Assembly (NCBI RefSeq): GCF_009914755.1
Contig: NC_060944.1
DNA from: the human T2T-CHM13v2.0 reference genome, Homo sapiens
Reading direction: 5' to 3' (one strand)
DNA length: 64,000 bases
The position numbers and the translations under genes are program-made. Within the stretch, counting starts at the first letter, position 1. Each line of letters starts with the position of its first letter. The notes under the pieces are model-generated. The model worked only from the letters and a program-made list of their open reading frames with translations. It ran no database searches and was not told the origin of the DNA. Shown one piece after another: positions 59,122 through 64,000 of this stretch.

Positions 59122-59913
59122 CTGCAGAAGGAGACACCACAGGGGGAAGATGTCAGTCCTATGCTCATGGCACGGCTGTTCTGCTGAACATCTCCATATC
59201 TGTCACCCAGACAACGTCTGCTGTATGGTCCAAGGAGCTCCCCTCCTAGGTGGTGAACGGATGTCACCCCCTGGAGAGAGGGAAGAGACAGAGAGAAGGA
59301 GTGGGGAGAGGCCAAGGGGTCAGCAATCCCCTCTTCCTTCCAGAGCCTCCCATCTTCCACGTGTGAAGCCACAGATAGTATGTGATACTCTCAGTTACCC
59401 ATGACTTCTTACAAGAACAAAATACACTGAGCAGGGATGTGAGAAGTAGGAAAATAAATTTTTCTAACAGAAATACAAAACAAAAAATTATAAGAGGAAG
59501 AATATTAATATGTCTGCAGGAAGTGGGAGGAGAGTGCCCCACACTACCATTTATATCCAGACTTTATTTTGATTTTAAATAACTATGGTTTTGATTTAAA
59601 TAAGTTTTTAGGAGATGAGGCTCTCAGTGGAAAGTTCCAGCTAAATAGCTGTTTATTGCTTGGGCTCCAAGTGTAGGCTCATTTTGGCTCTCTGCCCATA
59701 GTCCTGACGTGGTGGTCACGTTCCACCACTCTGCTGTCTCCTAATGTCACGCACACACACACACATCCCACCTGTAGGGTGCTGTCAGCTTTCTGCATTA
59801 CAGACCAATCATGAAGCCATCAAGCTTGTCTGGCACTGCCCTAAAACCCAAAAGAAGTTGGTTGATGTGCCTCAAACTCGGGTCCCATTAAGTAATTCCA
59901 TACCAATACTTAC

Positions 59914-59993
59914 TTTCTGTGGAAGGCGTGCTTACATGGGCAAATCCCCAACTCATCTCGAGGCTTGAAGTCTTCTAGGCACACTGCACAGAG
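59914..59993 (-). CDS. RNF24: RNF24 penultimate coding exon (N-terminal half of RING-H2, 80 nt)
   Basis: ctttcag| [28 protein letters not shown]|gtaagt; its phase joins the last exon to complete a C3H2C3 RING. Upstream exons lie outside the window. Confidence 0.95.
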
Positions 59994-61742
59994 CTGAAAG
60001 ACAAATGCACAAATGAAGCCAAGTGTCTGTTAAGTACCCTCCCAGGTACAAAGTAGAGTGCAGGCTCCTAAAGGCTCAACCGTTTGAAGGGACTCATGAG
60101 ACTCTTATCTTAAAAAAAAAAGAAATGAATGAATAAATGACTGAAAAGAAACAGGCCCAAATAGATGAATGTCTCCTGCTCTTCCTGTCCCATATCTTCA
60201 AGGAGGTGGGCAGATGGGAGAAGACAGAAAGCAAGAGGCAGCTGCCTTTACTTCAGTGCATCAGAAGTGTGGGACCGAGGGAGGGTTACTCTCACATCTG
60301 CCAGCTTAGCCTGCTGTCCCTTTCCTGGTGTGCCGAAAGAGCTGAGGCTCTCTGGGTTCTCCACCTTGTCAGCAGCACAGCCTGGCTCCCAAGCACTCAC
60401 TGAAAGGGACCGCTCAAGCCCTGGCAATCTTTTCTCCTGTTTTTATGCACAGCTTGCAGTAACATGCTATTTATAGTTCCTGGGGCCTCCCACTTTGGCA
60501 CTGTCCTTCTGTCAGTGTCTCTGTCATATAAAAAGTTACTGAAGACTCAGTTAACTCATGAACATGTGCAGATGGGACCAGGACTGCTCTCAGCCAATGA
60601 CTAGTCTCCATGGCTTGGAGAGAGGCCTTTGCCATCGTACCCAGGGGCTGGGGTCCAACACTTTCCTGGGCATTCACCAGGGCCCGTGGATACCATGTGT
60701 CACCACACTGACCCATTTTACAGATGAGGAAACAGAAGCTCAGGAAAATAATGTTGCTTGAGGCCATTTAATTGGAGAGTGGCCAGGCCTGGCTGGGACC
60801 CAGGTCTGTTGCACTGATGTGCTGTTGTGCCATTGCTTTCTCCTGCCCAGTGGTTGAACTCCTTCCTCCCTACTTGCTTCCCTGTCCATTCCCAAGGATC
60901 CTGGTTCAGGCCATCACCATTTCTAGCCTGGACTGTTGATGGCTTTGCTGTTACTAGTTTCTTAACCTATAACACGTAACCCAGTCTTCTTAGATTATGT
61001 AACATGATCCAGGCAGGACATGTGGCTCTTGGTGCCCAGTGAACCGTGCCATGTTGGTTTTTAAACATCCTTGCTGAGGTAGCTTTCAGGGCCTTGTGTG
61101 TATGACAGACAGGACCTTCACAGGAGGAGAATGGATAACTGTGCTCTGTTGGACTCAGCATCCCTACCAAGATGGCAGGGGAGCAGGGAGGAGAGCAGGA
61201 CAGGTGGCTGGCCTTGGCTCAGACACACTAGCTGTGTGGCCTCTGCCCTCAGGATTCCTCACAGAGCTCTGTTCCTTCATCTGTACAATAAGGACATGGC
61301 CTGTCCCACCCTACACACGGCTGTCATCAGCTCAGCTTGGGGGGCAGGGTTAAGGACACAGTAAGGCAGTCTACCAATGCCAGCTGTTTTTATTGATGTC
61401 TACATTTTATAATGGAAGTACTGTTTGCAAGCCCATTTTTGTCCTCTGAAGGGAGGCTGAGAACAAGCTGTGGGTAAAGGTAAAAATCCAGCAGTTTCAG
61501 CCTAGTGGTATCTTTTTGGGCCTCAGCTTCCCACCTGTAAAGAGGGAATGATGCTCCCATCTCCTAGACTGTGTGATTGGCCCTCTGGCCTTCAACAGCC
61601 AGTTTTCCTCTCAGCCCCGCCTTCCGACACAGGGTCAGGACTGTCCTCTGGAGATTTAGCACTGATCCTGTTGAAGCACAGGTTGGATGAGTTGCTTATT
61701 TTTATTCACTTATTTTTCCAGGATCCAAAATTAGATTAGTAG

Positions 61743-62056
<314 letters not shown>

Positions 62057-62349
62057 CCAAAATGGAGTTACTATTAATGGTATAATGTGCTATTATGTTC
62101 TGAATAAACAGATCCTAAAACTATAGCCACCTGAGAAAAAACAAGACAAACTCTGACACGTTAAATGCTAAAGGTGACCAAAGTCAATGGCAATCACAAA
62201 AAGAGAAAAGCCTCAGATGACTTCCTAGAAGCTCCCTAAGAGCCAAACTCATTTTACAACTTTCCTTTACAGTTCATATTTTGCAAATAAACTTTTGTTT
62301 CCAGTATTCAATGAGATTGTTTCTCCAGTGTGACTTCCCATCACCATTA

Positions 62350-63972
62350 AAAAACTGAGATACAATTAATCTACTATAATATTCACTCCTTTAAGTAACA
62401 GTACAATTCAGCAGTTTTTAGGTATATATGTGCAGCCATCTTTACAATCTAATTCCAGAACATTTGCATCAAATGCCACCCACCCACCCCCCAAAACAAG
62501 CCCATATTCATAGGCAGTCATTCCCCATTCTCCCCTTTCCCCAATCTCTGGCAACCAACCACTAATCTACTTTCTTTATTGATGGATTTGTCTACTCGGG
62601 ACATTTCATATAAATGGAACCATACAATATGTAATATTTCATGTTTGGCTTCTTTCCCTTAGCATAATGTCTTCAAGGTTCATCTATATTGTAACATATA
62701 TCAGTACTTCACTCATTTTCATGGCTGAATAATATTCCACTGTATGTATGTACCGCATTTTGTTTACCCATTTATCTATTGATGGCCACCTGGGTTGTTT
62801 CTACCTTTTGGCTATTGTGGACAATGCTGCTATAAACACTGGTGTACAAGTATCTGGCTGAGTCCTTGTTTACGTTCTTTTGGGTATGTATCAAGGAGTG
62901 GAATTGCTGGGTCATATGGTAACTCTATGTTTACCTTTTTGAGGAGCTACCAAACCGATTTCCAAAGCGGCTGCACCATTTTACGTTCCTACCAGCAGTA
63001 CGTATGGGTTGTAATTTCTCCATATCATCACCAATACTTATTCTTGTCTTTTTTACTATAGTTATCATAATGGGTGTAAATGGGTCATTTCCTTAATGAC
63101 TAATGATGCCGTGCTTATTGACCACCACATATCTTCTTTGGAGAAATGCCTATTAAGTCCTTTGTCAATTTATTAGTTGGTTTCTTTTTATTATTAAGTG
63201 GTAAGAGTTCTTTATATATTTTAGACTGAACTCCCTTATCAGATAGCCAACTAATTTTGACAAAGGTGCAAAAAGCATTTCAATGGCAGAAGGAAAGCCT
63301 TTTCAACAAATGATGTTAGAGCACTACACATTCATAGACACAAAAGACACACGCAACCTAAGCAGAAACACAACCTAAGCACAACCAAAGCACAACCTAA
63401 GCAAAGAAACCAAAGGAAAAAATGGATAAACTGGACTTGATCAAATTAAAAAACTTTTGTTCTACAAAAGACCCTGTTAGGATGAAAAGACTGGGAGAAA
63501 ATATTTGCAGACCTTTTTATTTTGCAGGCTTCTTATTACTGAGTTCTAAGAGTTCTTTATACATCTTAAATACAAGACCCTTATCAGATATAAAACTTGT
63601 GAATACTTTGTCCCTGTGGGTTGCCTTCACTTTCAAGATAATGTCCTTTGAAGCACAAAAGTTTTTAATTTTTTTTTTGAGACAGTCTTGCTCTGTCACC
63701 CAGGCTGGAGTGCACTGGTGCCATCATAGCTCACTGCAGCCTCAATCTCCTGATCTCAAGCAATCCTCCAGCTCCTCAAGCCTCAACCTCCCAAATAGCT
63801 GGGACTTACAGGCACACATCACGACACCCAACTAATTTTTTTTTTTGTAAGTAGAGATAAGGTCTCCTAGCTATGTTGCCCAGGCTGGTCTCAAACTCCT
63901 GAGCTCAAGCAATCTTCTCGTCTTGGCCTCCCAACGTGTTGGGATTACAGGAGTGAGCCTCCATGGCTGGCC
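62350..63972. mobile_element. L1M fragments (- 62350-63240; + 63240-63510; - 63520-63665) and Alu (- 63670-63972)
   Basis: L1 motifs: ggagtggaattgctgggtcatatgg, caactaattttgacaaaggtgc, ataaactggacttgatcaaattaaaaacttttgttc. Confidence 0.75.
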
Positions 63973-64000
63973 TGATGAAGTTTAACTATTTTTTCTTAGC

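Overview
Human (primate) genomic DNA that I recognise as the 20p13 MAVS-PANK2-RNF24 locus. In order: the last ~1 kb of an upstream + strand 3' UTR (AATAAA 1028-1033; MAVS by recalled gene order); ~12 kb of Alu-saturated intergenic DNA; a CpG-island promoter; the complete 7-exon PANK2 gene (+ strand, CDS 14037-48208, 1713 nt, 570 aa, all introns GT-AG), with pre-miR-103a-2 in intron 5; and the last two coding exons plus long 3' UTR of RNF24 (- strand). Most ORFs in the supplied track are Alu or GC-island artefacts. I see no foreign insert, CRISPR array or new conventional gene. The best leads are regulatory. (1) PANK2 and RNF24 converge, and their distal 3' UTRs overlap ~2.6 kb around a tightly spaced inverted Alu pair. 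(2) miR-103/107 sites occur in the distal but not the proximal host UTR, two of them created by mutation inside an Alu. (3) The 5' end is complex: a uORF whose stop overlaps a weak main AUG, a strong CUG start, and a possible hybrid upstream exon encoding an alternative-frame microprotein. (4) There is a consensus mini-intron in the 3' UTR. All four are hypotheses from sequence alone. Repeat boundaries and subfamilies are approximate, by eye.
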